Source: Desulfomonilia bacterium
GTDB lineage: Bacteria; Desulfobacterota; Desulfomonilia; UBA1062
Direction: 5' to 3'
Assembly (NCBI GenBank): GCA_963664325.2
Contig: CAXXDQ010000004.1
Span: 512,001-576,000, forward strand
Length of the DNA: 64,000 nucleotides
This document shows, one piece after another, positions 39,105 to 49,843 of this stretch (positions are counted from its first letter, which is position 1; every line of letters begins with the position of its first letter). The notes below the pieces were generated by a model. The model made no database searches and was not told the DNA's origin. It was given only the letters and a program-made list of their open reading frames with translations. Position numbers and translations under genes: made by a program.

Positions 39105-39893
39105 ATGGAACTGGGTTTAAAAGGAAAAGCGGCTGTAGTCGCAGGGGCAAGCAGGGGACTGGGGTTTTCAATAGCAAAGATACTTGGACTTGAAGGGGCC
39201 AGGCTTGCAATATGCTCAAGGGACAGCGGCAATATCAATAAAGCCTGCGATGAATTAAGGTTGCTTGGAATAGATGCAAAAGCCTTTGTTGCAGATGTCA
39301 GAAAGGCGTCCGACACGAAGGCTTTTATTGATAATGCGGCCCGTGAACTTGGTGGAATCGACATCCTCGTTACAAATGCAGGCGGTCCGCCATCCATGCC
39401 TTTTGAAGAAATTGATGATAATACATGGGAAGAAGGTTTCCGGCTGAACCTTTTAAGCTCGATCATTATGATCCGTGCCGCAATTCCATTCATGAGGGAA
39501 AAGAACTACGGGCGCATAATCAACCTGACCTCCATTGCCGTTAAGCAGCCGATCGAAGGGCTTATCATTTCAAACACGGTCCGGGCAGGCGTTATCGGAC
39601 TGGCAAAAACACTTTCACGCGAGCTTGCCCCATACAACATAACCGTCAATAACATCCTTCCGGGCTATTTCAGGACCTCACGCGTCGAACAGCTTGCGGA
39701 TAGGCTTGCCGAGATAAAAAAAGCCATGCCGGAAGATATTATCGAGTTCTGGAAGAATGATATACCGCTCAAACGACTGGGTGATCCGGACGAAATCGGT
39801 CACCTTACAGCCTTCCTGGCCTCCGACAAGGCGGCATATATAACAGGAACCTCTATTCCGGTTGACGGTGGTTTTTACAAGGGGTTGATGTAG
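39105..39893 (+). CDS. SDR family oxidoreductase (3-oxoacyl-ACP-reductase-like, atypical)
   Basis: AGASRGLG, TNAGGPP, SNTVRAG, VDGG. Confidence 0.88.
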   Translation: MELGLKGKAAVVAGASRGLGFSIAKILGLEGARLAICSRDSGNINKACDELRLLGIDAKAFVADVRKASDTKAFIDNAARELGGIDILVTNAGGPPSMPFEEIDDNTWEEGFRLNLLSSIIMIRAAIPFMREKNYGRIINLTSIAVKQPIEGLIISNTVRAGVIGLAKTLSRELAPYNITVNNILPGYFRTSRVEQLADRLAEIKKAMPEDIIEFWKNDIPLKRLGDPDEIGHLTAFLASDKAAYITGTSIPVDGGFYKGLM

Positions 39894-39934
39894 TATTTCC
39901 GGTAAAATCATTTTGGATTGCCGGATTTTTTATG

Positions 39935-39966
39935 AAAAAAAAAGACGCCGGCAATACCGGCGTCTT
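39935..39966 (-). terminator. Intrinsic terminator of the porin-like gene, possibly bidirectional
   Basis: AAGACGCCGG-caata-CCGGCGTCTT stem preceded by an A9 run (U-tract on the minus strand). Confidence 0.85.
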
Positions 39967-39996
39967 CGTTAAATCTGGTTAAATTCTCAGTTCAGG

Positions 39997-41652
39997 TTAG
40001 AATGTAACCTTGCAGATCCAGCGAGCTGCATAGGTGTCTTTAAGATCTTGTCCGGTTCCATTCCAGGTCTTTAACTCCATTCCTGTTATCGAGCCACCCG
40101 TATAAGTTATTACCGCGTACTGCGAACCTATTTCCCTGAAACTGTTTTCAATAAGTTTTTTGTAGAAACCGCCCGGCTTGTAGTATGCAAGGTCGATTCC
40201 GAATGAAAGGTTGTCCATCCACGCATAATTCAAACGGCCCCTTAATTCCCAGCCGAGGTCTTTTTTAACATCGCCAGAGTAGCAGTCGGTTCCCATCGTA
40301 CCGTCAGCGAAAGTAACAGTACCATTGCCCAAATCGTCTACAGTACTGATGAGTATTGAATTCTCTAAAGTGTCAGCTCCAACGGCATTGGCAAGACCCG
40401 GGGCTGTCTGTTGGCCATTAAGGTTAATTGAGTTGCCGGGATACCAGTTCTCAATATACTTTGTGTTCTCTTTCTGGCCATAGACAAAGTTCAGGTCGCC
40501 AGCAAGTTTTGGTGAGAATTTGTAGGCAAGGTTCAAACGGCCTAGTATGGCGTTAGTAAAACTGTAATTGCCATCAATCCTCGGATCGCCGAGGGCAGCC
40601 TGCGTTGCATAGGTTTCAAATGCCCAGGCATAGATGTCATGGACATCGTTCATGAGCCATGTATCGAGGTTCTCACCGTCATCAAGGTATCCGGAAACAT
40701 ATTCAGGCTTCTTGGCGCCCGGGATATATGCGCCGTCTATCTGGATTGTAGCATTGCCGGGAGTGATTCCAAAGCCAAGCCATCCGCCGAAGATATTGTC
40801 CACTTTCCAGTTACGTTCTGCATCAATTGTTGTACCAACCGGTGAATCCGTATCCACAAGCGTACCGGTTCCATAAGCAAGCTTCATATTCATCTTAAAC
40901 ATGTCGTTGAACTTCTGGTTGAACCAGAGGTGAGGATACCAGATCCTGGTCTGTGCATGACCGGCGCCGGAATACTTGTATGCCAGCCTCATGTCTAGCA
41001 TGGTGGCCGCATTTTCAAATTTGAAAACACCTTCAAACTCATCCTGGTCGCCTGTATTGTGGCTGTTCTGTGTTCCTAAAGTTGTTCCCAATTCCTGCTT
41101 CTTGTTCCAGACCAGTCCGAAGGTCCAGTCTTTTGCTGCAGGAACCTGAATAAACCAGCCGATACCGGTGAAGTCCTTTGTCTTGCCTGCAATGAATTTG
41201 CCTATGTTTGTAGTAACATCGGCATAGAACTGGTCGACAGTGAATGTGTTGTACTGGCTGTAGGGTTTGTAATTACGCGTATTGAGTTTTGAGCCCGTAT
41301 CTGACGGGTCCACGATAGCGCCCGTCGGTACAAATTCAGAATAAGCCTGATAAATGCCATTATAGCCCACTTCATCATCCTGAGATAACTTGTTGTCAAA
41401 TACTTCCAGGTCGCCGACAATCTTGATTTTGTCATTTATCTGAATGGTTGGATAAAAATTTAAATAATGTTTCAAATACATGTCTGTTACTGGAAAAGTA
41501 AGATTGTTGTCTATATCCATAATCAGCGGATAAGAATAGTAACGGCCCTGAATCTCGTATTTGCCCCCTAGTTTAAAGTCAACAGCCCATGCAGGTATCG
41601 CAAAAGCCATTGCCACTATGAAGAGCATTACCCATTTACCCCATTTACCCAT
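39997..41652 (-). CDS. Outer-membrane beta-barrel (porin-like) protein
   Basis: Signal peptide (AWA), alternating amphipathic strands rich in Y/F/G/N, terminal Phe. Confidence 0.75.
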   Translation of the reverse strand: MGKWGKWVMLFIVAMAFAIPAWAVDFKLGGKYEIQGRYYSYPLIMDIDNNLTFPVTDMYLKHYLNFYPTIQINDKIKIVGDLEVFDNKLSQDDEVGYNGIYQAYSEFVPTGAIVDPSDTGSKLNTRNYKPYSQYNTFTVDQFYADVTTNIGKFIAGKTKDFTGIGWFIQVPAAKDWTFGLVWNKKQELGTTLGTQNSHNTGDQDEFEGVFKFENAATMLDMRLAYKYSGAGHAQTRIWYPHLWFNQKFNDMFKMNMKLAYGTGTLVDTDSPVGTTIDAERNWKVDNIFGGWLGFGITPGNATIQIDGAYIPGAKKPEYVSGYLDDGENLDTWLMNDVHDIYAWAFETYATQAALGDPRIDGNYSFTNAILGRLNLAYKFSPKLAGDLNFVYGQKENTKYIENWYPGNSINLNGQQTAPGLANAVGADTLENSILISTVDDLGNGTVTFADGTMGTDCYSGDVKKDLGWELRGRLNYAWMDNLSFGIDLAYYKPGGFYKKLIENSFREIGSQYAVITYTGGSITGMELKTWNGTGQDLKDTYAARWICKVTF

Positions 41653-42093
41653 ATCCTTTCCTCCTATAAATAATTTTTTTATTTCTTATCAGGATGCGGT
41701 TCATGGATGCATGCTCTGGGTGCGGGTTTCTCGTTGGATTTGCAATATCTTTTAATATGTCTTTTATTTAGACATATCCCCAACTCTTGTCAATACAACA
41801 TGCATGCCATTTTACAAAAAATGTCATACTTAGATTTTTTATGCCTATGTTTTCAAATCTGCGATGAGACATTTTAAAAAAATAAACATAAATATAATCA
41901 ATATGATAAGCTGTTTTACCAGGAACCAGATAAATAATAAATATTTCAGAAGTAAGGACTTCACTTTTATCAAAACAAATTGCCGGAAAAGGGCATGTTG
42001 TAAGTATTCAACATGTTTAGACGTAATATTGCAAAGTTGACACAGGATAGTAATATATTGACAAAACCCGCTTGCAGTGTGATTGAGTGAGAA

Positions 42094-43779
42094 ATGACAG
42101 AAGGCTCAGTAAAAATATTAAAATGGCTTGTTCTGTTTATAGTCCCCGTATTGATCTATATTGTTTCGCTCCCCGCAATACCTCTTATTGAGCCTGACGA
42201 GGGCCGTTACAGTCTGATTCCTCAGGAGATGAACCAGACGGGAGACTATGTCACCCCAAGGCTTAAGGGTGTTGATTATTTTGAAAAACCCGTTCTGGAT
42301 TACTGGGCAACAGCGGCTTCTTTCAAGATATTCGGGGAAAACGCATTCGCCTCCCGGCTTTTTGTGGCCCTTTGCGCCTGGGGCTGTATATTTCTTGCAT
42401 ACAGGATCGGCAGGCGTTTTCATGACGAGAAGACCGGGATTTTTGCAGCAGCCCTCTTGTCCACTTCAATTTATCATTTTGCAATGGGAAGGGCGCATGT
42501 TCTGGACATGCCCCTTACATTCTTTGTCTGCATGGGCATATGGTCATGCTACAGGTTTTTTTCCGGCGAACGCCGCAAAAGGATCTGGCTTTTCCTTGCA
42601 TACTTTTTTGCAGGTCTCGCCTTTTTGACAAAGGGACTCATCGGTATTGTATTCCCTTTCGCAATAGTTTTCTTCTGGCTTGTCTGCAGAAGGCGGTACA
42701 GGGATGTTTTCCGCCTTATCTCACCTGTGGGATTGATTATACTGCTGGCCTTGACAGCTCCGTGGCTTTATCTTGTGCAAAAAGCAAACCCGGATTTTTT
42801 CAATTTCTTTTTCATTCATGAGCACCTGCAGAGATTCACGACAAGAATTCATAACAGATATGAACCCTTCTGGTTTTTTATCCCAGTTCTGATAGGCGGG
42901 ATTATACCGTGGCTGGGCTATCTGCCGCAGGCCGTTAAAAATATGAGACCCAAACTTGGTTTTATTTACAAGAAAGACGAGACCGTCTTTCTGTTCACCT
43001 GGGCAGGGTTTATTTTTCTGTTCTTTTCCGTATCGTCATCAAAGCTTGTACCTTATATTGCGCCTGTTTTCATCCCGATCTCGGTAATGCTCGGGCACAT
43101 ATTCAGGCTCGGTGACGATGCAATAAAGCAAGGCAGCCATGTCCCGGCAAGCATAACCGCTTCATTGGCAGTCTGGCTGCAGTCGTCGGCCCTCGGGATC
43201 GGGATCCTGTTCCTGCCCCTTTTTGACAAGGGGAGCCTTATTACAATGTCAGGGTGGCTGCCGTATACCATAGTCCCTGTTATCATGCTTCTGTGTCTTA
43301 CTTTTGTCCCCAATATAGCCAAAAACAGGCTCCACTTCGGGTGGTTTTTCAGCATTTATCTTTTTACAGGGCTGTTCTTTCTTTCTCTGCTGTTGCCTGC
43401 GGCAAAATATGTCACACCATACAAATCAGCCTGGCCGATAGTGCAGGCCATCAGGCAGCATGTCCCTGAAGACAGCATTCCTGTCCAGTTCAAGATGAGC
43501 GAGTACGGTATAGACTTTTACACGAGGATGAAAACGCCGGTTGTAGACGATTACGGCGAGCTTGCTTACGGTGTCGCAAAACTTTCAAAAGAGGAAAAAA
43601 TAAGGCGATTCCCTTCAACCGCCGACTTCTTTGAGCAGTATAAAAAGTCCGGAGAAGAGTGGTGCGTGACAGACGACATTTACAAGGTAAAAATTCTGAA
43701 AGAGGTATCCCCTGCAGCGGAAGTCCTATGGCAGAACAGGGAGTTCTTTCTCGTACACATGAAAAGAGGTATGCCTTAA
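42094..43779 (+). CDS. ArnT-like lipid-carrier glycosyltransferase (GT83/PMT family)
   Basis: PDEGRY, YFEKP, LTKG, PW, many TM helices. Confidence 0.9.
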   Translation: MTEGSVKILKWLVLFIVPVLIYIVSLPAIPLIEPDEGRYSLIPQEMNQTGDYVTPRLKGVDYFEKPVLDYWATAASFKIFGENAFASRLFVALCAWGCIFLAYRIGRRFHDEKTGIFAAALLSTSIYHFAMGRAHVLDMPLTFFVCMGIWSCYRFFSGERRKRIWLFLAYFFAGLAFLTKGLIGIVFPFAIVFFWLVCRRRYRDVFRLISPVGLIILLALTAPWLYLVQKANPDFFNFFFIHEHLQRFTTRIHNRYEPFWFFIPVLIGGIIPWLGYLPQAVKNMRPKLGFIYKKDETVFLFTWAGFIFLFFSVSSSKLVPYIAPVFIPISVMLGHIFRLGDDAIKQGSHVPASITASLAVWLQSSALGIGILFLPLFDKGSLITMSGWLPYTIVPVIMLLCLTFVPNIAKNRLHFGWFFSIYLFTGLFFLSLLLPAAKYVTPYKSAWPIVQAIRQHVPEDSIPVQFKMSEYGIDFYTRMKTPVVDDYGELAYGVAKLSKEEKIRRFPSTADFFEQYKKSGEEWCVTDDIYKVKILKEVSPAAEVLWQNREFFLVHMKRGMP

Positions 43780-43856
43780 GCTGAAAACCCTGATATTGAA
43801 ACACCATCTTATGTGTGTTATGCCGCATGAAACCAAAGAGTTCTATGGAGACGCAA

Positions 43857-44690
43857 ATGGAAAAAGACTCGTTCACCGGAACAAAATCCTATGTCCTTGA
43901 CCCTGAACTAGCCCGGATTGTCAATGCATCAATCAAGCTCGAGATGCCGCTTCTCCTGAAAGGGGAACCCGGAACGGGCAAGACCCTGCTTGCATATGCC
44001 ATTGCTGAAAACCTGGGCATGCCGCTTATTATCCTCAATGTAAAATCAAGCATGAAGGCGGTCGAGGCGCTTTACCAGTATGATACTTTAACACGCCTGA
44101 ATGACAGCCGGTTCGGTGATTCAAAGCGGGATGTAAGCAATATAGAGAACTATATAAAGATGGGAAAGATCGGACAGTCCTTCACGTCGGACAGCCGTGT
44201 CGTCCTGCTTGTAGACGAGATCGACAAGGCGGATACCGACTTTCAGGACGACCTGCTTGATGTCCTTGACCAGATGAGTTTTGACATAATCGAGATCGAC
44301 AGGACGATTAAAGCAAAAAACCGGCCTATCATGATTATAACGTCGAACGCAAAAAAAGACCTGTCAGACCCGTTCCTCGGCCGCTGCATATTTCACCACA
44401 TCGCATTCCCGGATGCGGACATGATGAGGAAAATCGTGCTGGCCCACTTTCCTTCAATCGATAAGAAGATAAGCGAGGCATGCATAGAGGCCTTCTACAG
44501 GCTGAGAGAGATAAAAGGCGTTGAGAAAAAGCCTGCCACTCGGGAACTTATAAACTGGATACGCATACTGATTATGGATAAGGAATTTGATACGCAATAC
44601 CTTGCCAAAAGGGATGTCCCGTACCTGGGTGTCCTGTTTAAGAAAAGCGAGGACCTGAAACTGGCCCAGAGATATACGGGCGGCTACTAG
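43857..44690 (+). CDS. MoxR-family AAA+ ATPase (CoxD-like)
   Basis: GEPGTGKT, LVDEIDKAD, IITSN, FLGRC. Confidence 0.9.
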   Translation: MEKDSFTGTKSYVLDPELARIVNASIKLEMPLLLKGEPGTGKTLLAYAIAENLGMPLIILNVKSSMKAVEALYQYDTLTRLNDSRFGDSKRDVSNIENYIKMGKIGQSFTSDSRVVLLVDEIDKADTDFQDDLLDVLDQMSFDIIEIDRTIKAKNRPIMIITSNAKKDLSDPFLGRCIFHHIAFPDADMMRKIVLAHFPSIDKKISEACIEAFYRLREIKGVEKKPATRELINWIRILIMDKEFDTQYLAKRDVPYLGVLFKKSEDLKLAQRYTGGY

Positions 44691-44695
44691 AGAAA

Positions 44696-44816
44696 AATCA
44701 GGAGACAGGAGTCAGAATGAAAAACAGAGATAAAGAGTCAATAGCAGGGAGTCTGGAGAAAGAATATGGAGCGGTTCATAAAAGGCTCTATACTGTCTCC
44801 TGATTACTGTCTCCTG
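44696..44816. repeat. Short inverted/direct repeat element
   Basis: AATCAGGAGACAG (44696-44708) is the reverse complement of CTGTCTCCTGATT (44793-44805); TACTGTCTCCTG occurs twice in near-tandem. Confidence 0.55.
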
Positions 44817-44824
44817 GATCCATT

Positions 44825-46015
44825 ATGTTTGCAGAATTCTTCTATACTCTCAGAGACCGCGGCATACCGGTGAGCCCGACAGGATTTTTGAGGCTTCAGG
44901 AGGCCCTTGACAAGGGGCTTATAGTGAACCTTGAAGACCTCTACTGCATCAGCCGTGCCGTGATGATCAAGAGCGAACGCTACTTCGATATGTATGACCG
45001 TGTGTTTGCCCATCACTTTAAAGGTGCGGAGCTGCCTGACAGTGCCATGGACGAGATAGAAAAGGCCATTGCCGCAATGCTCGAAGAGTGGCTGAAGGAC
45101 CCGGCCCAGATGGCGGATTTCCTGGGCATGAGCACTGAAGACGTCAAAAAGCTTTCACCCGAGGAACTGGAGGAATATTTCAGGAAACGCCTTGAGGACC
45201 AGAAGGAACGCCATGACGGCGGCAACCGCTGGATAGGCACCGGCGGTACATCGCCGGTAGGCCATTCAGGGTTTCATCCCGGCGGTATGCGTGTGGGCGG
45301 GGCCTCGCGAAACCAGTCGGCGGTCAAGGTTGCGCTGGAGAGACGGTACCGCGATTATACACAGGACCAGCGGCTCGGGCCTGCGCAGATTTCGGATGCC
45401 CTGAAGCGTCTCAGGCATATGGTGCCTGCGGGACCGAAAGACAGTCTTAACATAGAAAAAACCATTGTTGAGACCATGAAAAACGCGGGGGAAATAGAGA
45501 TCGTCTTTGACCGCAGGCTCAAGGACAAGCTCAAGATTGTTCTAATGATTGACAACGGCGGGTATTCCATGGACCCGTATGTAAACGTGGTGCAGGTCCT
45601 GTTCAACCATGCCAGGTCCCAGTTCAAGGATGTGAAATTTTATTTCTTCCACAATACCGTATATTCGCTTGTGTGGTCGGATTCTCAGCGAATGAACAAA
45701 CCATTTGCAGTCGAGGAATTCGCCCGGCTGGACCCGGAGACCAGACTCATCATGGTCGGAGATGCATCAATGGCGCCTTACGAGCTATACAGCCGCTACG
45801 GCAGCATCTATTACGGATCACAGATGCAGCGCCCCAGCGTTGAAAGCCTCGTATTCCTTGCCAAGACCTTCAGACATAGTGTATGGCTTAACCCCAAGCA
45901 TGAATACACCTGGCCCGGCACAGAGACCATAATGGCGATATCCGAGATATTCCCCATGTATGAGCTGACACTCAACGGTCTCGACGATGCAATCGGCCGC
46001 CTGATGAAGAAATAA
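44825..46015 (+). CDS. VWA-domain CoxE-like protein
   Basis: WIGTGGTSPVGHSG, MIDAS-like DNGGYSM, VGDASMAPYEL, WLNP; follows MoxR. Confidence 0.88.
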   Translation: MFAEFFYTLRDRGIPVSPTGFLRLQEALDKGLIVNLEDLYCISRAVMIKSERYFDMYDRVFAHHFKGAELPDSAMDEIEKAIAAMLEEWLKDPAQMADFLGMSTEDVKKLSPEELEEYFRKRLEDQKERHDGGNRWIGTGGTSPVGHSGFHPGGMRVGGASRNQSAVKVALERRYRDYTQDQRLGPAQISDALKRLRHMVPAGPKDSLNIEKTIVETMKNAGEIEIVFDRRLKDKLKIVLMIDNGGYSMDPYVNVVQVLFNHARSQFKDVKFYFFHNTVYSLVWSDSQRMNKPFAVEEFARLDPETRLIMVGDASMAPYELYSRYGSIYYGSQMQRPSVESLVFLAKTFRHSVWLNPKHEYTWPGTETIMAISEIFPMYELTLNGLDDAIGRLMKK

Positions 46016-46021
46016 ATTTTT

Positions 46022-46098
46022 GCGCTCGTAGCTCAGTTGGATAGAGCGTAGGCCTCCGGAGCCTAAGGTCGCAGGTTCGATCCCTGTCGAGCGCACCA
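46022..46098 (+). tRNA. tRNA-Arg(CCG)
   Basis: Acceptor GCGCTCG/CGAGCGC, D-arm AGCTCAGTTGGATAGAGC, anticodon arm TAGGC-CT CCG GA-GCCTA, GGTTCGATCC, encoded CCA. Confidence 0.97.
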
Positions 46099-46103
46099 GT
46101 TAT

Positions 46104-47225
46104 TTAATCCAGTGTTTTCCTGAACCTCATGGTGGCGCCCATGAAAAGAACGGCTCCAAGTATAGCCAGTGCTGCGAACTGCTCCCATAGAACAGTGAGC
46201 CCTACTCCTTTTAAGAAAACGCCGCGGATTATGACCAGGAAATACCTTAGAGGATTGAGATAAGTTATCCACTGGACGAAAACAGGCATGTTGTCTATCG
46301 GGAAAACAAAGCCCGAGAGCATGAAGAAAGGCAGTATCACAAAGAATGTCGTCATCATTGCCTGCTGTTGCGTGGAGCTTATCGTCGAGATGAAAAGCCC
46401 GACGCCGAGTGTGCTCAGGAGGAAAAGCAGGGCGGCTCCGAACAGCAGCAGGGCACTTCCGGCCATCGGCACCGAGAACCAGTATTTGGCGAAAAGCAGT
46501 ATGAATACCATCTGTACTAGCGCAATAATAATGTAGGGAACAGTCTTGCCTATGATGAATTCAGCAGGCCTTATCGGGGTGACTATGACCTGCTCCATGG
46601 TGCCAGCCTCCTTTTCCCTGATAACTGCAATCGACGTCAGAATAAGGCTCAACAGCATTATCAGGAACGCCACTATGCCGGGCACGAAGAAATTCCGTGA
46701 ATTGATGTTGGGATTGTACCACTGCCTGATGCGGGCGTCTATTTCACCATACTTCATGTCCATTGGATAGAGCTTCTTCATCATGAGGCGGTTGTACTCA
46801 TCCAGTATGGTCATCGTGTAGGAAATTCTTATAAATGCCATATTGCTAGTCGCGCCGTCTACTAGTATCTGGACGTCAGAGGTCTGCCCTTTCCTGATTT
46901 TGTCGCTCATGTCGGGAGCCAGTGAAATCCCCAGGTCCGCCTTCTTGTTCAATATCAGGCTGTCCAGCTCCAGGTCGGACTTCGGGTATGCGACCAGGTT
47001 GAAATAGCCGTTTCCCCTGAATGCGTCTATGAATTCACGGCTCTCAATTGTGTTGGCCTGGTCGAAGACGGCAACCCTGATATTTTTTATGTCAAAGTTC
47101 AGGACATAGCCGAATACAAGAATCTGCACCAGGGGCGCTATGATCAGGAGGGGCCTGTTCTTCTTGTCCCTGAAGAGTTCTATGAACTCTTTCCTTACGA
47201 GCTCCCTTATCCTGAGAAGGCTCAC
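46104..47225 (-). CDS. ABC-2 transporter permease (YbhR-like)
   Basis: KEF, FVPG, REKEAGTMEQ, GK..PY, LSGFVFPI. Confidence 0.92.
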   Translation of the reverse strand: MSLLRIRELVRKEFIELFRDKKNRPLLIIAPLVQILVFGYVLNFDIKNIRVAVFDQANTIESREFIDAFRGNGYFNLVAYPKSDLELDSLILNKKADLGISLAPDMSDKIRKGQTSDVQILVDGATSNMAFIRISYTMTILDEYNRLMMKKLYPMDMKYGEIDARIRQWYNPNINSRNFFVPGIVAFLIMLLSLILTSIAVIREKEAGTMEQVIVTPIRPAEFIIGKTVPYIIIALVQMVFILLFAKYWFSVPMAGSALLLFGAALLFLLSTLGVGLFISTISSTQQQAMMTTFFVILPFFMLSGFVFPIDNMPVFVQWITYLNPLRYFLVIIRGVFLKGVGLTVLWEQFAALAILGAVLFMGATMRFRKTLD

Positions 47226-48355
47226 ATTCCCTCCTTCTTGAGCAGCAGGTAATTGATTGCAAAAAGAGCCACCGGAATGGCAGCGAGCACTGCATAATTT
47301 GGCCAGACAGCCGTGAATCCGGCATTCCTCATGTATATGTCACCGAGGATGCTGATATAATACCTTGCCGGGACTATATATGTGATGAGCTGCAGAACTT
47401 TGGGCATGTTTGATATGGGAAAGACAAAATTGGATAAGAGGAATGACGGAAGATAGGTAATCAGGATCGCCGTCTGGTTGGCTATCATCTGGTTCTTGAT
47501 AACGCTTGAGAGCAGAAGTCCGATCGAGAGTGCAACCATTATGTAGAGCCCGGAGGCGGACACCATTATCAGAAAGCTTTCCTTCATGACGACGTTGAAC
47601 AGTACCTGCCCCATTATTATAGCCACCATGACATCGGTCATGGCTATAAGAAAATAGGGTATCATCTTGCCCACAAGGAAATCAAACGCACCCAGCGGCA
47701 GTGATTTAAGGGTCTCCATCGTTCCGTTTTCGTATTCGCGCGCGATGACAAGCGAAGTTAGCAAAGCTCCCGCAATGATAATTATGACAGCCACGATTCC
47801 GGGGATGATAAAGTTCCTGCTGATGAGGTTTTCATTGAACCAGACCCTGATACGGCCGTCTACCGGCTGATTTATGGGCGTCATACCCTGTCGGTTGATG
47901 TAGTCCGTCAGCAGGTCCCTGTTGTAAAGGCTAATAAATGCATTTACATAACCTTTACTGGTATTGGCAAAGTTGGGGTCGCTGGCGTCAAGAATCACCT
48001 GAATCGAAGCGGGCCTGTCGGCGTCAAGATTTTTAGTGAAGCCCGGAGGTATGATGAATGCGAGTGAGGTCTCCTCGTGGTCAAGGTATCTGTCGACCGC
48101 ATCAACGCTTTCCTCCTGCGCCACGATCTTGAAATACCTTGATGATTTTATATGCCTGATAAAGTCTCTGCTTTCATTAGTCCTGTCCTGATCTACAATA
48201 ACGGTTTTAATATACTCGACGTCTAGGCTGAGTGCGTATCCAAACAAAAGAATCAGTGAAAGAGGGATGGCAAACGCCAGAATGAGGCTGCGCCAGTCCC
48301 TGACAAGGTGATAGAACTCCTTTCCTGCGACCGCCCTTATCTTGACGAAACTCAT
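47222..48355 (-). CDS. ABC-2 transporter permease (YbhS-like)
   Basis: KEFYHLVRD, IIPG, REYENGTME. Confidence 0.92.
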   Translation of the reverse strand: MSFVKIRAVAGKEFYHLVRDWRSLILAFAIPLSLILLFGYALSLDVEYIKTVIVDQDRTNESRDFIRHIKSSRYFKIVAQEESVDAVDRYLDHEETSLAFIIPPGFTKNLDADRPASIQVILDASDPNFANTSKGYVNAFISLYNRDLLTDYINRQGMTPINQPVDGRIRVWFNENLISRNFIIPGIVAVIIIIAGALLTSLVIAREYENGTMETLKSLPLGAFDFLVGKMIPYFLIAMTDVMVAIIMGQVLFNVVMKESFLIMVSASGLYIMVALSIGLLLSSVIKNQMIANQTAILITYLPSFLLSNFVFPISNMPKVLQLITYIVPARYYISILGDIYMRNAGFTAVWPNYAVLAAIPVALFAINYLLLKKEGM

Positions 48356-49122
48356 GACGACTTCTCCGACATCAGCTTAATGAATGCATCGTTTAGAGTG
48401 GCCTTATCCTGGTCCGGGCAGACCTGGCTTACGATTTTTTCAGGTGATCCTTCAGCAACTATGACACCCAGGTTTATCATGGCTATCCGCTCGCAGTGAA
48501 CCGCCTCGTCCATGTAATGGGTGGTCACGAAAACCGTTATTCCCCGTGAGGAAAGGTGGCCGATAAACTCCCAGAAATGCCTTCTGGTGACGGGATCCAC
48601 ACCTGAAGTCGGCTCATCCAGAAATATTATACCCGGCTGGTGCAGCATGGCGCAGCCCAGTGCAAGCCTCTGCTTCCAGCCCTGCGGCAGTTCCTTTGTC
48701 AGGCGGTTCTTGACATCCGTTATCCTTGCGGTTTCAAGCACCCATTCCGTGCGTTCCTTCCAGAGCTTTTCCGGCACATCGTAAACACCGAGGTAAAACC
48801 GGATATTCTCAAATGGCGTTAGGTTCTCGTAAAGGGAGAACTTCTGCGACATATAGCCGATGGAGCGCTTCACATCCTCAGGCTGCTTCACGAAATCGTA
48901 TCCCGCAACCTTCCCGCCGCCTGAAGTGGGGTTGAGTATCCCGCACAGCATCCTTATAGTCGTGGATTTGCCTGAGCCGTTCGAACCAAGAAAACCGAAT
49001 ATCTCTCCCCTTCCGACTGTAAAGCTGATACTGTCAACGGCTGTGAAGTCGCCGAAACGCTTGGTCAGTTTTTCAACCGTGATGACGTTATCGCTTGAAA
49101 GTGTCACTCTTAAGCTCCTCAT
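48352..49122 (-). CDS. ABC transporter ATP-binding protein
   Basis: GSNGSGKST, LPQGWKQR, LDEPTSGVDP, THYMDEA. Confidence 0.93.
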   Translation of the reverse strand: MRSLRVTLSSDNVITVEKLTKRFGDFTAVDSISFTVGRGEIFGFLGSNGSGKSTTIRMLCGILNPTSGGGKVAGYDFVKQPEDVKRSIGYMSQKFSLYENLTPFENIRFYLGVYDVPEKLWKERTEWVLETARITDVKNRLTKELPQGWKQRLALGCAMLHQPGIIFLDEPTSGVDPVTRRHFWEFIGHLSSRGITVFVTTHYMDEAVHCERIAMINLGVIVAEGSPEKIVSQVCPDQDKATLNDAFIKLMSEKSS

Positions 49123-49843
49123 CGGCTGCGCTCAAGATGTCTATCATCGCGTCTTCGAGGTTTTTGTGGCCAAGGCTTATCTCATCGGGCGAGCCGGTCC
49201 GGATTACTTTCGACTTGTGCATGAGGGCCACGCTCACGCAAAGCTCTCCCTCATCAAGGTATGCGGTCGAAACCATGATGGTCTTGCCCTCGGCCTTCAT
49301 ATTAAGAAGGATGTCCCAGAATTCTTTTCGCGAAACAGGGTCAACGCCGTTAGTCGGCTCATCAAGTATCAGCACATCCGGTTCATGGACAAGAACACAG
49401 GCCAGGCCGAGCTTCTGTTTCATACCACCCGAAAGCTTTCCTGCAGGCCGCTTCAGGTAGGGGAGCAGGTTTGAAAAGCCAAGGTATTTCTCCATCCTGA
49501 TCTTTCTCTCAGCGCCCCTGATGCCGAAGATATCCATGAAAAAACTCATGTTCTCCTCGACCGTCAAATCCTGGTAAAGACCGAAACGCTGGGGCATATA
49601 ACCTATGATGTTCTTGATTTTCCTGCCTTGGCTGACAACGTCTATTCCGGCAATTTTCATTTTCCCTGAAGCCGGTTTCATCATGGTCGCAAGAAGCCTC
49701 AAGAGCGTTGACTTCCCGGCGCCATCCGAACCTATAAGGCCGAAAATATCCCCCTTGCCGATAAACAGGCTAACACCATCAAGCGCCTTTACCGCACCGA
49801 AGTTCATGCTGACGTTTTCAACGGATATGTAAGCTTCACTCAC
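49088..49843 (-). CDS. ABC transporter ATP-binding protein
   Basis: GSDGAGKST, LSGGMKQK, LDEPTNGVDP. Confidence 0.93.
   Translation of the reverse strand: MSEAYISVENVSMNFGAVKALDGVSLFIGKGDIFGLIGSDGAGKSTLLRLLATMMKPASGKMKIAGIDVVSQGRKIKNIIGYMPQRFGLYQDLTVEENMSFFMDIFGIRGAERKIRMEKYLGFSNLLPYLKRPAGKLSGGMKQKLGLACVLVHEPDVLILDEPTNGVDPVSRKEFWDILLNMKAEGKTIMVSTAYLDEGELCVSVALMHKSKVIRTGSPDEISLGHKNLEDAMIDILSAADEELKSDTFKR

Noticed and set aside
41765-41812. Promoter candidates for the porin-like gene (TTGACA-N17-TAAATA; TGGCAT-N5-TTGT)
   Set aside because: Both have a non-consensus second element, so neither can be assigned from sequence alone.
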